DNA from: Anaerolineae bacterium
Lineage (GTDB): Bacteria; Chloroflexota; Anaerolineae; Anaerolineales; E44-bin32
Reading direction: 5' to 3'
DNA: 57,167 bases
Assembly: GCA_030598885.1 (NCBI GenBank)
Contig: JAUVOZ010000001.1
Location: forward strand, 1 to 57,167
Below are positions 27,845 to 38,422 of this stretch, piece after piece. The notes under the pieces are model-generated. The model saw only the letters and a list, made by a program, of their open reading frames with translations. It had not been told where the DNA came from and ran no database searches. The first letter of the stretch is position 1. Every line of letters begins with the position of its first letter. Position numbers and translations under genes: made by a program.

Positions 27845-28986
27845 TGTAATTGGCTTTCTACAGCTAGGGCGACAACTTTCTCTGCCGCATCTGTGAGGGA
27901 GGTCGCGGTAATCACATTAGCCTCGGCGAGTAGTTTATTTCCCTCTTCTTCATTGGTTCCAACCAGTCGGGCGACCATTGGTATGTCGCTTTTAAATTCA
28001 TCCAGTGTGGCTAAAATGCCTCGAGCAACCTCATCGCAGCGGGTTATCCCTCCAAAAATATTGATCATCACTGCTTGGACGTTCGCATCCTTGAGGATCA
28101 AATGAAGTGCCGCGGCGACTTTCTCAGCTCCTGCACCACCTCCGATATCGAGGAAATTAGCCGGTTGTGCACCAAATGAATTGATGACATCCATTGACGC
28201 CATCGCTAGTCCTGCCCCATTAACCATGCAACCAATAGTGCCATCGAGCTTCACATAGGACAAGCCATATCGGCGCGCCTCACGCTCAGTTGGCGTTTCC
28301 TCATCAAGATCGCGCATCTCGGCGAGATCTGGCTGACGAAAAAGTGCATTATCGTCAAGCACCATTTTCCCATCTAGTGCCAACAGTCGATTGTCCCCAG
28401 TAATCACCAAGGGATTAATCTCGGCCAATGTAGCATCTGAGACTGTGAAAGCCTTGTATAATCCGCAAGCTATGTCGATGAAGTTTCGCCAATGCACTCG
28501 TGGCAACTCTATCGAGACCGCAAGATGACGAGCCTGGTATTCGCGAAGTCCAAGCAAAGGGTCGATGTGTATCCGGACGATTTTTTCTGGATGAGTACGA
28601 GCCACCTCTTCAATATCTATCCCACCTTCTGCAGAGGCGATCATCACCGGACATCGGGCAGCTCGGTCATTTGTCACACCGAGGTAAATTTCTGATCGAA
28701 TTTCTGCCACCTCATCCACCAGCACCTTACGCACCGGCAATCCCTTAATCTGCATACCGAGGATCTGCCTGGCAGCTTCTTCGGCCTCCTCTGGAGTGTG
28801 TACGAGCCGTATTCCACCCGCCTTACCTCGGCCGCCTACAAGGACCTGAGCTTTTATCACCACAGGTCCTCCCAATTCTCGGGCGATTGTTTTGGCTTCA
28901 TGGGCAGTCAACGCCACCCGACCTCGAGGGATCGGCACCCCGCATTTAGAAAACAATAGTTTTGATCTGTATTCATGTAACTTCAT
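27841..28986 (-). CDS. sucC: succinyl-CoA synthetase beta subunit
   Basis: [23 protein letters not shown]-grasp N-terminus. 4-nt overlap with sucD. Confidence 0.92.
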   Translation of the reverse strand: MKLHEYRSKLLFSKCGVPIPRGRVALTAHEAKTIARELGGPVVIKAQVLVGGRGKAGGIRLVHTPEEAEEAARQILGMQIKGLPVRKVLVDEVAEIRSEIYLGVTNDRAARCPVMIASAEGGIDIEEVARTHPEKIVRIHIDPLLGLREYQARHLAVSIELPRVHWRNFIDIACGLYKAFTVSDATLAEINPLVITGDNRLLALDGKMVLDDNALFRQPDLAEMRDLDEETPTEREARRYGLSYVKLDGTIGCMVNGAGLAMASMDVINSFGAQPANFLDIGGGAGAEKVAAALHLILKDANVQAVMINIFGGITRCDEVARGILATLDEFKSDIPMVARLVGTNEEEGNKLLAEANVITATSLTDAAEKVVALAVESQLQ

Positions 28987-29046
28987 AAAAGCTCCGTTCG
29001 CCGTTTTACTTAAAACCCTCCACTTTGACTAAACTCTATACATAAT

Positions 29047-32000
29047 TTACCTAAATTCAGGGTTGAAACGGATCAATCGACCGTTCTTACTATCTACCAG
29101 CCATAACCTTCCTTCACTGTCGAACGACAAACCGCTGGGTTTGTTAAATTGGGATTCTGAGTCGCCATAGTCTCCCCATCCGAATATGAAATCTCCTTCT
29201 GCCGTAAAACATAATACCCGATATCCATCCGGGTCCGTTGCGCACACCTCACCGCTCGGTGAAACATCTAAGAAAGGCTTATTATCAGGCGACTGTCCGA
29301 ACCATCCAGCAATCGGCCATTCAAGTATCGCTTCGAAGCTACCTTCGGTTATTTCCTCGAAAACCTGAACGCGTTGGTTCCATGTATCAGCAACATAGAT
29401 CCGTCCTTCCGCTCCTAACGCAATGCCAACTGGTTCGTCAAATTGACCGAGTGTCCATCCAGAATCACCAAACATGCCAATTGGATGACCCCCCGAATCG
29501 AAAATCGCAATCCGCTTATTACCGGTATCAGCGATGAAAACCCTTCCCTCATCATCGACGGTCACTCCCCTCGGTCCCCAGAAATTATCGGGGACTGACG
29601 AGTGACCATAGATGCCAAACATCCCCAAGAATTCTCCCTCGGCAGTGAAATATTGCACACGATGATTCCAGGTATCAGCTACATAAACAGTTCCGTCTGG
29701 CCCGACGTCAATCCCCCAAGGTTCGTTGAAGGTCCCGCCAGGTGCTTCCCCCTGATCTAGATTGGCATACCGACCCCAAGTTAATATTACCTCTCCATCT
29801 TGACTAAGATGCTGGATACGATGATTCATAGTATCAGCCACATAAAGCGTGCCGTCCGGGGCAACTGCAATTCCACGCGGTCCGGTAAATTGCCCCGGCA
29901 AGGATCCTTCTTCACCGGTGATAAATTCAACTGGCATCTCTACCATCCCATCTAGGTAGGGATCCACCACAGATTCTAAACCTGCGAGGCTAACCGGGCT
30001 CACTCCATAATCCCATACAGTGGCTGCGATATCCTTCCGAACATAGAGCCGCATACGATCTGAAGGTTGCCAATTTCCGAGCGAAAAATCTATGCCGGAT
30101 AATTCACCATAGGCTGCATAGTCACGATTCAACCAAATGTCCCACATCGCCGATAAGTAGTCGGGTGAGAACAAAGCTCCCTTTATCCGATCCCAGGTGA
30201 GATTCCAATATTTCTGCGTCGGCCACCACATGCGGATATATTCAAAGCTATTGAAACGATTGGAGAAGAGATCCTCGACCTTAGTCCAATTATTATCACC
30301 GACGATCACAATCGGGTAATCTAGTAGTTCGCGGGTTGGATTTGCGCCAAAGAAGTACTGACCAGAATAATGTCGCAGGTACCAATTTAGTGGCCAGGCT
30401 ACGTCGTCATCAAAAGCCACCTCAATATCAAGGTCGTCAGTCATTCGAAGCGATAGATCATGAACTTGCTCCATTACGGTCTTATTTCCTGTCGCTCCAT
30501 GTGCATACACCATGAACTCTGTCGCCTGATCGTAATTTACATATGCAGCTCGGTAAGCAGTTCTTACTGTCAGTATGGTTAATGCCACAAACACAGCCAC
30601 AGCGCTCAGTCTGGCGAAGTAATTTACACTCCAGCCCTGGCCAATCTTGATTAAAGCGACGAGAGATGCAGCCGCCACACCCAGGGATGAAAGACAAATA
30701 CTTGTTGCTCGAAGTTGGTCGAATCCAGTGCCTTGGAAAGGTGGATTCGGTCCTAAAAATGTTCCAATCGCATATGAAAATCCCAACAAAGTCATGAGCA
30801 ACAACGGTGGAATGAGCCACGCCCGTTTAGTCCATAATGCCTGCCAATTGATAGATTGCAGAAGTTTCCCAAATGCCCAGCCAGCTAACAGAATCATCGG
30901 CAGTGTGATGTGGACGGTTAGCCACGGCATCCGTTCTCCAGCCAAGGAGTATAGTGCCAGGGAAGTAAGTGTCCAGTAGGCGACGAAGCCAATCACCGGG
31001 AATGAGGCCAACTTTTCTTTTTTATTACGTATTCGACGCCTGACAGCAGGTACTATGCCAATAAGTCCATAAAAGCCGGCCAGGAGTGCCCCCACGGCAG
31101 GCAGATACTCATACACTGGAATCTGAACCAATATGTAGTAATAGCCTGGTTGACTCCCACGCTCGACCCCATGCTGTTCCAGCCAATATCCCAGGGAGCC
31201 GACCAGTCCTGATATCATCCCTTCCCCATTGGTGAAGAGCGTGGTGTAGAAAACCGTGTACAAACCGAAGAAAATACCCGCTGTCAACAACCATCGTCGC
31301 CAATCCCAAATCAGACCAATAGCTATACTGACCGCCATAAGTACAAAGACCACGATCAATGTGCGATTATTAGTGACTGGATCATGATAGTCCATCGGAT
31401 TCCAACCCAATAGAGTCGCTGGTAGGGCTGCTAATTGGGGGAGGGTCATGGTTCCGATGACCAAAAGAAGGTCTAAAGCCGGGAAGTCCTCCCTTAATCG
31501 GGAACCGAATGCCATTATCAAAGACAATCCGATTAGTGAAATCCCGGTCAACGCCAATATCAAACCAAACGTAACAAAAGGTGAAAAACGAGCTATTTCT
31601 GTTGCTTGAGCGATCTCAGCCGTTAAAGCTCGCTCCCGGAAAAGGGCATACAAAGTTATCATCGTGCCCAGTGCTGCAGAGAAGAATCCAATTAGGAAAG
31701 TCACCTTATGCCAGGTTTGTTTCCAATTTAGATTGATCAAACGCCAAGCGAGATATCCGCCTAGAAAAAGCATTAATTGCGCGATGTAAATAAAAGCCGT
31801 TTCTTTGGTGGCGTAGTGGAGCGACAATGAAGCTGCAAGCAAATAAAGCCATCGATCTCGTCGATCTTCGAAATAACGGAAGACAGCATAAACCATCAGC
31901 AGCACTAGGGGAACAACTAATGCTTCATTACGAACATACCGGCTGTAGTAAAGCATATACGGCGAGATGACCATCAGCGCAGTCGCAACCAGGCCACCCC

Positions 32001-32349
32001 AACGTCCTAGCCAACGACGAAAGAGAAATATCATCCCAACCGCGAGAACCCCGGCTAATGCCGCTGGAATGCGGGACGTGGCATCCGAGTCACCGAAAAG
32101 GAAATAAGATAACGATACTAAGTGGAATTGTAATGGCCCGTGCATCATCGGGTCATGCGCGTAGCCTCGACCTTGGGTCAATTGCCAGGAAAACCAGGTG
32201 TGTAGGCTTTCATCGTGGCTCATAACCCGAGTGTCAAGGTCGTAGAACCGGGTCAAGACGGCTAAGAGGATCAGCAAGACATATACCAAAACCTCCAGAT
32301 CAATCCGGACTTTAGCATTGATCCATCGATTGATCCCGCTTTCAGACAT
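29047..32349 (-). CDS. GT-C fold (family 39/ArnT/PMT-like) membrane glycosyltransferase fused to C-terminal NHL-repeat beta-propeller (1100 aa)
   Basis: The N-terminus has many TM helices and an HDES motif. The C-terminus has repeated NHL motifs (YVADTMNHRIQ, YVADTWNHRVQ, FIADTGNKRIAIF, YVADTWNQRVQVF). Confidence 0.7.
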   Translation of the reverse strand: MSESGINRWINAKVRIDLEVLVYVLLILLAVLTRFYDLDTRVMSHDESLHTWFSWQLTQGRGYAHDPMMHGPLQFHLVSLSYFLFGDSDATSRIPAALAGVLAVGMIFLFRRWLGRWGGLVATALMVISPYMLYYSRYVRNEALVVPLVLLMVYAVFRYFEDRRDRWLYLLAASLSLHYATKETAFIYIAQLMLFLGGYLAWRLINLNWKQTWHKVTFLIGFFSAALGTMITLYALFRERALTAEIAQATEIARFSPFVTFGLILALTGISLIGLSLIMAFGSRLREDFPALDLLLVIGTMTLPQLAALPATLLGWNPMDYHDPVTNNRTLIVVFVLMAVSIAIGLIWDWRRWLLTAGIFFGLYTVFYTTLFTNGEGMISGLVGSLGYWLEQHGVERGSQPGYYYILVQIPVYEYLPAVGALLAGFYGLIGIVPAVRRRIRNKKEKLASFPVIGFVAYWTLTSLALYSLAGERMPWLTVHITLPMILLAGWAFGKLLQSINWQALWTKRAWLIPPLLLMTLLGFSYAIGTFLGPNPPFQGTGFDQLRATSICLSSLGVAAASLVALIKIGQGWSVNYFARLSAVAVFVALTILTVRTAYRAAYVNYDQATEFMVYAHGATGNKTVMEQVHDLSLRMTDDLDIEVAFDDDVAWPLNWYLRHYSGQYFFGANPTRELLDYPIVIVGDNNWTKVEDLFSNRFNSFEYIRMWWPTQKYWNLTWDRIKGALFSPDYLSAMWDIWLNRDYAAYGELSGIDFSLGNWQPSDRMRLYVRKDIAATVWDYGVSPVSLAGLESVVDPYLDGMVEMPVEFITGEEGSLPGQFTGPRGIAVAPDGTLYVADTMNHRIQHLSQDGEVILTWGRYANLDQGEAPGGTFNEPWGIDVGPDGTVYVADTWNHRVQYFTAEGEFLGMFGIYGHSSVPDNFWGPRGVTVDDEGRVFIADTGNKRIAIFDSGGHPIGMFGDSGWTLGQFDEPVGIALGAEGRIYVADTWNQRVQVFEEITEGSFEAILEWPIAGWFGQSPDNKPFLDVSPSGEVCATDPDGYRVLCFTAEGDFIFGWGDYGDSESQFNKPSGLSFDSEGRLWLVDSKNGRLIRFNPEFR

Positions 32350-32948
32350 TAATCTCCTTCTCTCTCACCAGTCATATCCAAATCCTCTTCCTTTACCCCT
32401 TCCACATCAGATGCTGGATCAGGATTCAACTGTGGCAATTCTCGTAGATCGCCCAAGCCAAAATGTTGTAGGAATTCAGAGGTTGTTGTGTAGAGGATTG
32501 GTCGACCTGGACCGTTGCTTCGGCCTACATCTTCTATCAATCCATGACGAAGAAGAGTACGCAACACGCTGTCAGAATTCACCCCACGGATTGAATCAAT
32601 TTGGGGGCGGGTTACATGTTGTTGATAGGCTATGATCGCCAACACTTCCAATGCTGCTCTTGTCAGCCGAGCCGTTCTCTCTAGGTTTAAAAAACGCTCT
32701 ACATCTGTCGCGGCTTCAGGCGCAGTTGTTAACTGTACATCATTTTTATGTCGCTGAATCCTCAGACCGCGTCGTTGGCAATCTTTATCTAACACTTCGA
32801 TTGCCTGTTTTATTTGCCGGGAAGACACCTGCAGTGCATTAGCAAGCTCTCCTGCGCTGACGGGTGAATCAGAGACGTAAAGCAGAGCTTCTATTCGGGC
32901 AACCAAGCTCAGTCCAGGATCAACATCAGATGATTCTGGATCGCTCAT
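32349..32948 (-). CDS. scpB: segregation and condensation protein B
   Basis: ScpB winged-helix pattern (IEALLYVSDSPVSAGELANAL...). I took the start at the ATG with a GGAG RBS, giving 200 aa; the ORF is open to 33056. The stop overlaps the start of the GT-C gene by 1 nt. Confidence 0.7.
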   Translation of the reverse strand: MSDPESSDVDPGLSLVARIEALLYVSDSPVSAGELANALQVSSRQIKQAIEVLDKDCQRRGLRIQRHKNDVQLTTAPEAATDVERFLNLERTARLTRAALEVLAIIAYQQHVTRPQIDSIRGVNSDSVLRTLLRHGLIEDVGRSNGPGRPILYTTTSEFLQHFGLGDLRELPQLNPDPASDVEGVKEEDLDMTGEREGD

Positions 32949-33207
32949 GCTATAATCTCCGTCGACATCAATCTTGGGCACAGGTTTATTTGATCTACTC
33001 AGCTGAATTTGGACCAATTCCTGCATCCATAGTACTGAAAAATGCCCTTTCAGCAATTCTCACCGAGGCAAGCACAGGAATTGTTGGATCGCTCGCTACT
33101 GGCATCTGGGGGTTTCGCTTACCGTAGACGACGGCAATATTGCTTTCGTCTGAGATTTGCGCTAGGCATCCAAACATGAATTATACCAGCGCGCCCAACT
33201 ACCAGCA

Positions 33208-34809
33208 ATGAGACCACCTATCTATCGAAGATTCGTACTCCTTACGGCATGTTTTACAATCCTCGCCTTGGCGTCATGCATCAGTCCAAAGGCAACCGCG
33301 GGGACAATCCAGGTTGAAATTTCAGCTGATGGCAGTACCCATGCGCTTAGTATCCCCCCTGGTTCTACTGTCCAACAGGCGCTCGAAATGGCTACTATTC
33401 AACTAGGCACGTTGGACAGGGTAGATCCGCCAAGTTATACCTTACTTACCGGAGGGACCCTGGTTACTGTAATACGGGTCGTGGAACGCTTCGAAATCGA
33501 GGAGATCGTTATTCCTTTTGATCGACAGACGATCCGGAATGAATCATTACCTGAAGGGGAAACGCGTCTGCTCCAACCAGGCGAGAATGGATTACAGGAG
33601 ATCACATATCGAATTCTTGAGGAGGAAATGATTGAGGAATCAAGAACACCCGTCAAGTATGTGATCATTCATGAACCACAACCCGAAATCGTTATGATCG
33701 GCGTACAAGCCACTTACACCCCACTCCCAATCGAGGGTCGTCTGGCTTATGTTTCGGGTGGTAATGCTTGGTTGATACAAGGCAATACCAGCAACCGCCA
33801 ACCGTTGACCCTTACCGGTGATTTGGATGGGCGGGTAGCCAGACTTTCACCAGATGGACAATGGTTCTTGTTTACCAGGCAGGCTGAAGATGATCAGGAG
33901 ATTATCAACTCCCTTTGGGCTATCTCAACCACTGACCCACAAGCTGAGCCGATCAACCTAAAAGCTTACAATATCGTTCACTTTGCCGATTGGGTACCTT
34001 CTACCTCATCGCTCTCTGTTGTCTATTCATCAGTTGAGCTGAACCCAGCCCCACCTGGCTGGCAGGCGAACAATGATCTAATTAAAATTCCGCTCTCCTC
34101 CTCCGGACGAGTGCTCCGAGAGGTTATCCTACTCGAAGCCAACGCTGGAGGTCAGTATGGTTGGTGGGGGACTACATTCATCTGGGGGTCTGATAGCGCC
34201 CATCTAGCTTATGCACGTGCAGATGGTATCGGTTTGGTCAACTTGGACGAGGGAACCCTCGAGCCGTTGCATGACATCGCACCTTTCCAAACACTTAGCG
34301 ACTGGGCTTGGGTTCCAGGGTTGGCCTGGGGCCATGACAACCGTACCCTCTTCTTTGTTGACCATGGTATGCCACTTGGGCTTGAGAGTCCCGGAGCATC
34401 CCCTGTATTCGATCTCATTGCTCTAACCGGACAAGGTGGTTTAACTCTACCCTTGGCGTCAAGAACTGGGATGTTTGCATACCCTTCTGTCTCACCTCTG
34501 ATTGAAATGCCGAATGGCGAAATTTACTATCAAGTTGCATACTTACAGGCGATTTCACCTTTGGAGAGTAAGGATAGCAGTTACCGTTTGATGGTAATGG
34601 ACCGAGATGGCAGTAATCACCGAGCGATTTTTCCGATGACCGGCGAGCCAGGCTTAGAACCACAACAAGCGCGTCTTGCTTGGTCCCCGGGAGCAGATCT
34701 CCTTGGTGTTCTTTACCGCGGTGATCTATGGATCGTCGATGTCATCAGCGGTCTAGGTCAACGGGTGACGGGCGACGGGCATACATTAAACTACGATTGG
34801 AAACCCTGA
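33208..34809 (+). CDS. lipoprotein with DUF348-like and G5 domains followed by TolB/PD40-like beta-propeller
   Basis: Lipobox LALASC. The N-terminus resembles the RpfB-type DUF348 plus G5 ([39 protein letters not shown]). The C-terminus has WD/PD40-like repeats. Confidence 0.55.
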   Translation: MRPPIYRRFVLLTACFTILALASCISPKATAGTIQVEISADGSTHALSIPPGSTVQQALEMATIQLGTLDRVDPPSYTLLTGGTLVTVIRVVERFEIEEIVIPFDRQTIRNESLPEGETRLLQPGENGLQEITYRILEEEMIEESRTPVKYVIIHEPQPEIVMIGVQATYTPLPIEGRLAYVSGGNAWLIQGNTSNRQPLTLTGDLDGRVARLSPDGQWFLFTRQAEDDQEIINSLWAISTTDPQAEPINLKAYNIVHFADWVPSTSSLSVVYSSVELNPAPPGWQANNDLIKIPLSSSGRVLREVILLEANAGGQYGWWGTTFIWGSDSAHLAYARADGIGLVNLDEGTLEPLHDIAPFQTLSDWAWVPGLAWGHDNRTLFFVDHGMPLGLESPGASPVFDLIALTGQGGLTLPLASRTGMFAYPSVSPLIEMPNGEIYYQVAYLQAISPLESKDSSYRLMVMDRDGSNHRAIFPMTGEPGLEPQQARLAWSPGADLLGVLYRGDLWIVDVISGLGQRVTGDGHTLNYDWKP

Positions 34810-34873
34810 TCAAAGTTCTGGTAGTATTGATGCAGATTTGTATTGCTTCAGTGATCAGCATAAGGAGGATACT

Positions 34874-35824
34874 TTGCGCATATTACTTACCGGTGGCGCA
34901 GGCTTCATCGGATCACACCTAAGTGATAGATTGCTTAAAGAAAAGCACCAAGTAGTGGTGATTGACAACCTCATCACCGGCAGATTGGAAAACATCGCTC
35001 ACCTCGCTGGTCGTGAAGATTTTTCGTTTGTCAAGCATGATGTCTCAAATTTCATTTTCATTCCTGGTAAAATCGACATCGTCTTGCATTTAGCCTCCCC
35101 AGCCAGCCCTAATCCATCTTCCCCTTTTGGCTATCCGCAACTACCGATTCAGACGCTTAAAGTAGGTTCATTGGGTACACACAATGCACTTGGGGTTGCT
35201 CGTGCCCATGACGCACGCTTTCTGCTAGCCTCTACGTCCGAAGTCTATGGTGATCCGCAGGAACATCCACAGCAAGAGAGCTATTGGGGTCACGTCGACC
35301 CTATCGGTCCACGCTCGGTTTACGATGAAGCCAAGCGCTTCGCTGAGTCCATCACCATGGCCTACCATCGTTACCATGGCTTAAAAACCCACATCGCCCG
35401 CATATTCAACACCTACGGCCCCCGCATGAGGCTCGATGATGGCCGTGTAATTCCAAATTTCATCTGTCAAGCAATCAAGGGAGATCCCCTCACGGTTTAC
35501 GGTGATGGGTCTCAGACTCGGAGCTTCTGTTATGTCGACGACTTGGTTGATGGGCTTTATAAATTGCTGACATCAGAGGAACACACACCGGTTAATCTTG
35601 GTAATCCTAAGGAGATGACAATCCTCGAACTTGCTTCAACAATCAACCGCCTCACGGATAACCCTGCCGATATACAAATAATGCCTGATCAACGCGCGCC
35701 TGCTGATCCCCAACGACGTCAACCGGATATTACTCGTGCGAAGGAGATCCTTGGTTGGGAACCTCAAGTCGATCTCGATCATGGACTCATGCAAACGATC
35801 GAGGATTTTCGAGATCGATTATGA
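34874..35824 (+). CDS. UDP-glucuronate decarboxylase (UXS-type NAD-dependent epimerase/dehydratase)
   Basis: The Rossmann motif [14 protein letters not shown] starts right at the N-terminus. UXS-like [34 protein letters not shown] start after AGGAGG. Confidence 0.75.
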   Translation: MRILLTGGAGFIGSHLSDRLLKEKHQVVVIDNLITGRLENIAHLAGREDFSFVKHDVSNFIFIPGKIDIVLHLASPASPNPSSPFGYPQLPIQTLKVGSLGTHNALGVARAHDARFLLASTSEVYGDPQEHPQQESYWGHVDPIGPRSVYDEAKRFAESITMAYHRYHGLKTHIARIFNTYGPRMRLDDGRVIPNFICQAIKGDPLTVYGDGSQTRSFCYVDDLVDGLYKLLTSEEHTPVNLGNPKEMTILELASTINRLTDNPADIQIMPDQRAPADPQRRQPDITRAKEILGWEPQVDLDHGLMQTIEDFRDRL

Positions 35825-36297
35825 TTTCGCTCTCGTCTCGAAGGCGGCGTGAGCTGGTACGTTTCTTAAAGTTTTCCGTCGTTGGTACATTTGGCGCTTT
35901 CGTGGATTTCAGCATCCTTTATTTTCTGCACTCAGTCCTTGGACTTCATATCGTCTTTTCTAACACCATATCTTTCACTACGGCCGTATTAAATAATTTC
36001 ATCTGGAATCGTTATTGGACCTACCCTGACTCCCGATCCAAGTCTATTGGCAATCAACTACGTCAATTCTTTATAGTCAACATCGCCGGGTGGGCGATAA
36101 ACACTGGGATCTTATTGCTGTTGCGGTATCCTTGCGCATCCCTGGTTGGAACCCTAAGCCCACATTTTACAATCCTCAACAACTCTGATTTGGTCTATAA
36201 ATTAGGCTACAACTTTGCAAAGGCGATCGCCACTGGTGTGGTGCTATTTTGGAATTTTGGCATCAACCGGATATGGACCTACTCAGATGCTCCGTAG
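35821..36297 (+). CDS. GtrA-family polysaccharide-synthesis membrane protein
   Basis: 4-TM GtrA pattern ([22 protein letters not shown]). The ATG overlaps the UXS stop (ATGA). Confidence 0.65.
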   Translation: MISLSSRRRRELVRFLKFSVVGTFGAFVDFSILYFLHSVLGLHIVFSNTISFTTAVLNNFIWNRYWTYPDSRSKSIGNQLRQFFIVNIAGWAINTGILLLLRYPCASLVGTLSPHFTILNNSDLVYKLGYNFAKAIATGVVLFWNFGINRIWTYSDAP

Positions 36298-36378
36298 GGT
36301 ATTCCTCATGTAATTGCTTTCGTGTGCCGGTGACAATCAGTATAATGAGAGTTGTTATATCATTAGATGGAGAAGTAG

Positions 36379-36762
36379 ATGTCGAGCGGATCTTTGAAAC
36401 GACCCGTTCCGATTTATTCCACACCCGGTGACTGGGTGTCGATGCTGGTCTTCCCTTATCTATACAACACAATGGGCGAGTGGATCGGTTGGGTCACGCC
36501 TGATCGTCAGGTATATAATGTAATAGGGATTTATGTTGGTTGGCTTACAGATGAACCACGCATCCTGCGCAGACGGATCATTGATGGATCACTTCCTCGC
36601 TTGGAGCCCCCCACCCGTCCTGCTCGCATTCGTCCTCCAGCAACGGTTCCACTTCCTCCGATGATGGCAGAACTTCCATTTGAAATTATCGACGTCCTTG
36701 ACGATGAACCTGATCGGCTCCATACAATTGATGCCGGTGAATTAAAAGAGGATATGGATTGA
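36379..36762 (+). CDS. hypothetical protein (127 aa); the N-terminus may be a 4-fold beta-flower-like repeat domain, tentatively
   Basis: Repeated GxW/YVG motifs (GEWIGWVTPDRQVYNVIGIYVGWLTDEPRI) and a Pro-rich C-terminal half. Weak recognition only. Confidence 0.35.
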   Translation: MSSGSLKRPVPIYSTPGDWVSMLVFPYLYNTMGEWIGWVTPDRQVYNVIGIYVGWLTDEPRILRRRIIDGSLPRLEPPTRPARIRPPATVPLPPMMAELPFEIIDVLDDEPDRLHTIDAGELKEDMD

Positions 36763-36789
36763 TAGCCAGGAACTTCTTGAGGTGGTGCA

Positions 36790-37980
36790 GTGAGTAATAC
36801 CAATCTAACCTTAACCAAATTACTTGAAATAGCAAGCTCCCAACGCTTTCTAGAGGCACCTCCCCCTGAAGATATGGGGCTTGCAGAACCCCTGGCTTTT
36901 CCCTTCTTGGGCATCATCGGTCAACAGGAGATGAAGATAGCCCTACTTCTCTCTTTGATTAATCCCAACATAGGCGGTGTTTTGCTTATTGGAACAAGAG
37001 GGACTGGCAAGACGACAGCTGTCCGTAGTCTGATAGATTTATTGCCTGACGTCCATCGAAGTCTTTGCACCTACGGTTGCCTGCCGGAAGATATCATTGA
37101 TGGCGACATAGATGCGGTATGCCCTGAATGCGCACGCCGTTATGGTCAAGGTGAATCATTAACTTATCCTGACCGTGTGCGGCTAATCGAACTACCGCTC
37201 AATGCCCGTCTAGAGGATGTTGTCGGAGGGCTCGATGAACGCGCAGCATTGCATAAACGCATGCGTCTTAATCGTGGCATCATGGCCAGAGCGGATCGAA
37301 ATCTACTCTATGTTGACGAAGTTAATTTACTGGATGACGACATTGTGGATGCCATCTTGGACGCGTCTGCTCAAGGGACTTACACTGTACATCGAGGTCC
37401 TTTGGTGGCCACCTACCGGGCGCGGTTTGTGCTGATCGGCTCGATGAATCCTGAAGAAGGACACCTTCGCCCTCAAATCCTCGATCGGTTTGGCCTTCGG
37501 GTGGTTGTCAGAGGTTTGGAACATCGAAAAGAGCGACTAGAAGCCTACCATCGTTCAATCGCCTTCCTCAACAGCCCTCGGCGGGTAATCAAAGAATATG
37601 CAGAAGCGACTGAGTTCATGAGACTTGAATTAGCATCAGCTCGTGAATCCCTGGCAAACGTACCGCTTACCTCTCAGGCGGAAAAAATTGGTCTTAAATT
37701 AATTCATGAATTGGGGATCGATTCCCTGAGAGCCGAAATCACACTCTTTGAATCTGCCCGTGCACACGCTGTCGCTGATGGACGCAAGCGAGCTAGCATT
37801 CAAGATGTACGAAAAGTAGCTCCCATGTCTCTCCGCATTCGTCGATCGACCTTTATGCAAGATTATTTCACGTCCAGAGCCGAAGAGGAAGAAGAGATAG
37901 ACCGGCTAATATCGTCTTTAAAACGGAGGTCTTCTTCCAGAAAGAAAAAGACCTCCAAAAGTAAAAAGCCTTTAGGTTAA
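36790..37980 (+). CDS. magnesium-chelatase subunit I family AAA+ ATPase (ChlI/BchI-like), standalone
   Basis: Strong match to the BchI/ChlI pattern: FPFLGIIGQQEMKIALLL, GVLLIGTRGTGKTTAVRSL, LLYVDEVNLLDDDIVDAILD, RFVLIGSMNPEEGHLRPQILDRFGL. Lys-rich C-terminal tail. Confidence 0.75.
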   Translation: MSNTNLTLTKLLEIASSQRFLEAPPPEDMGLAEPLAFPFLGIIGQQEMKIALLLSLINPNIGGVLLIGTRGTGKTTAVRSLIDLLPDVHRSLCTYGCLPEDIIDGDIDAVCPECARRYGQGESLTYPDRVRLIELPLNARLEDVVGGLDERAALHKRMRLNRGIMARADRNLLYVDEVNLLDDDIVDAILDASAQGTYTVHRGPLVATYRARFVLIGSMNPEEGHLRPQILDRFGLRVVVRGLEHRKERLEAYHRSIAFLNSPRRVIKEYAEATEFMRLELASARESLANVPLTSQAEKIGLKLIHELGIDSLRAEITLFESARAHAVADGRKRASIQDVRKVAPMSLRIRRSTFMQDYFTSRAEEEEEIDRLISSLKRRSSSRKKKTSKSKKPLG

Positions 37981-38052
37981 GGGGTTCAAAATTAAATAAC
38001 AGAATTGGCCTGCTTCAACCCGGACCATTCTTGGAACTTGTAGCATGAATGG

Positions 38053-38289
38053 TTATCCAAGGTGCTCTTCAATATATTTAACAGCCTCCCCTACTGTTGT
38101 TATCTTCTGTGCAGCCTCGTCGGAGATCTCTCCCCCGAATTTCTCCTCGAAGGCCATGATCAATTCCACCAAGTCGAGCGAGTCTGCTTCCAGGTCCTCT
38201 CGAAAGCGGGCTTCAGGAGATATTTTACCTTCGTCAATGCTAAGCAGATCTACGATAATCAACTTCACCTGTTCTAATGTATCTGACAT
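38053..38289 (-). CDS. acpP: acyl carrier protein
   Basis: DSLD phosphopantetheine attachment motif ([20 protein letters not shown]). 78 aa. RBS AAGGAGA. Confidence 0.9.
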   Translation of the reverse strand: MSDTLEQVKLIIVDLLSIDEGKISPEARFREDLEADSLDLVELIMAFEEKFGGEISDEAAQKITTVGEAVKYIEEHLG

Positions 38290-38422
38290 CAGTCGTCTCC
38301 TTGATTCGATTCCTTTTTTATTGCTTCTCACTGATTTTAATTCAACCATCGAGGATAACGCAAGTTGACATCTCCTTGTCGCCCTTGGTAAGATGGTCTT
38401 CTCACACTAGGAACACTCTGAC

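Noticed and set aside
36531-36917. 128-aa minus-strand ORF spanning the 36379-36762 gene and the ChlI start
   Set aside because: It is antisense to two co-directional genes. Gly/Ser/Arg-rich low-complexity translation.
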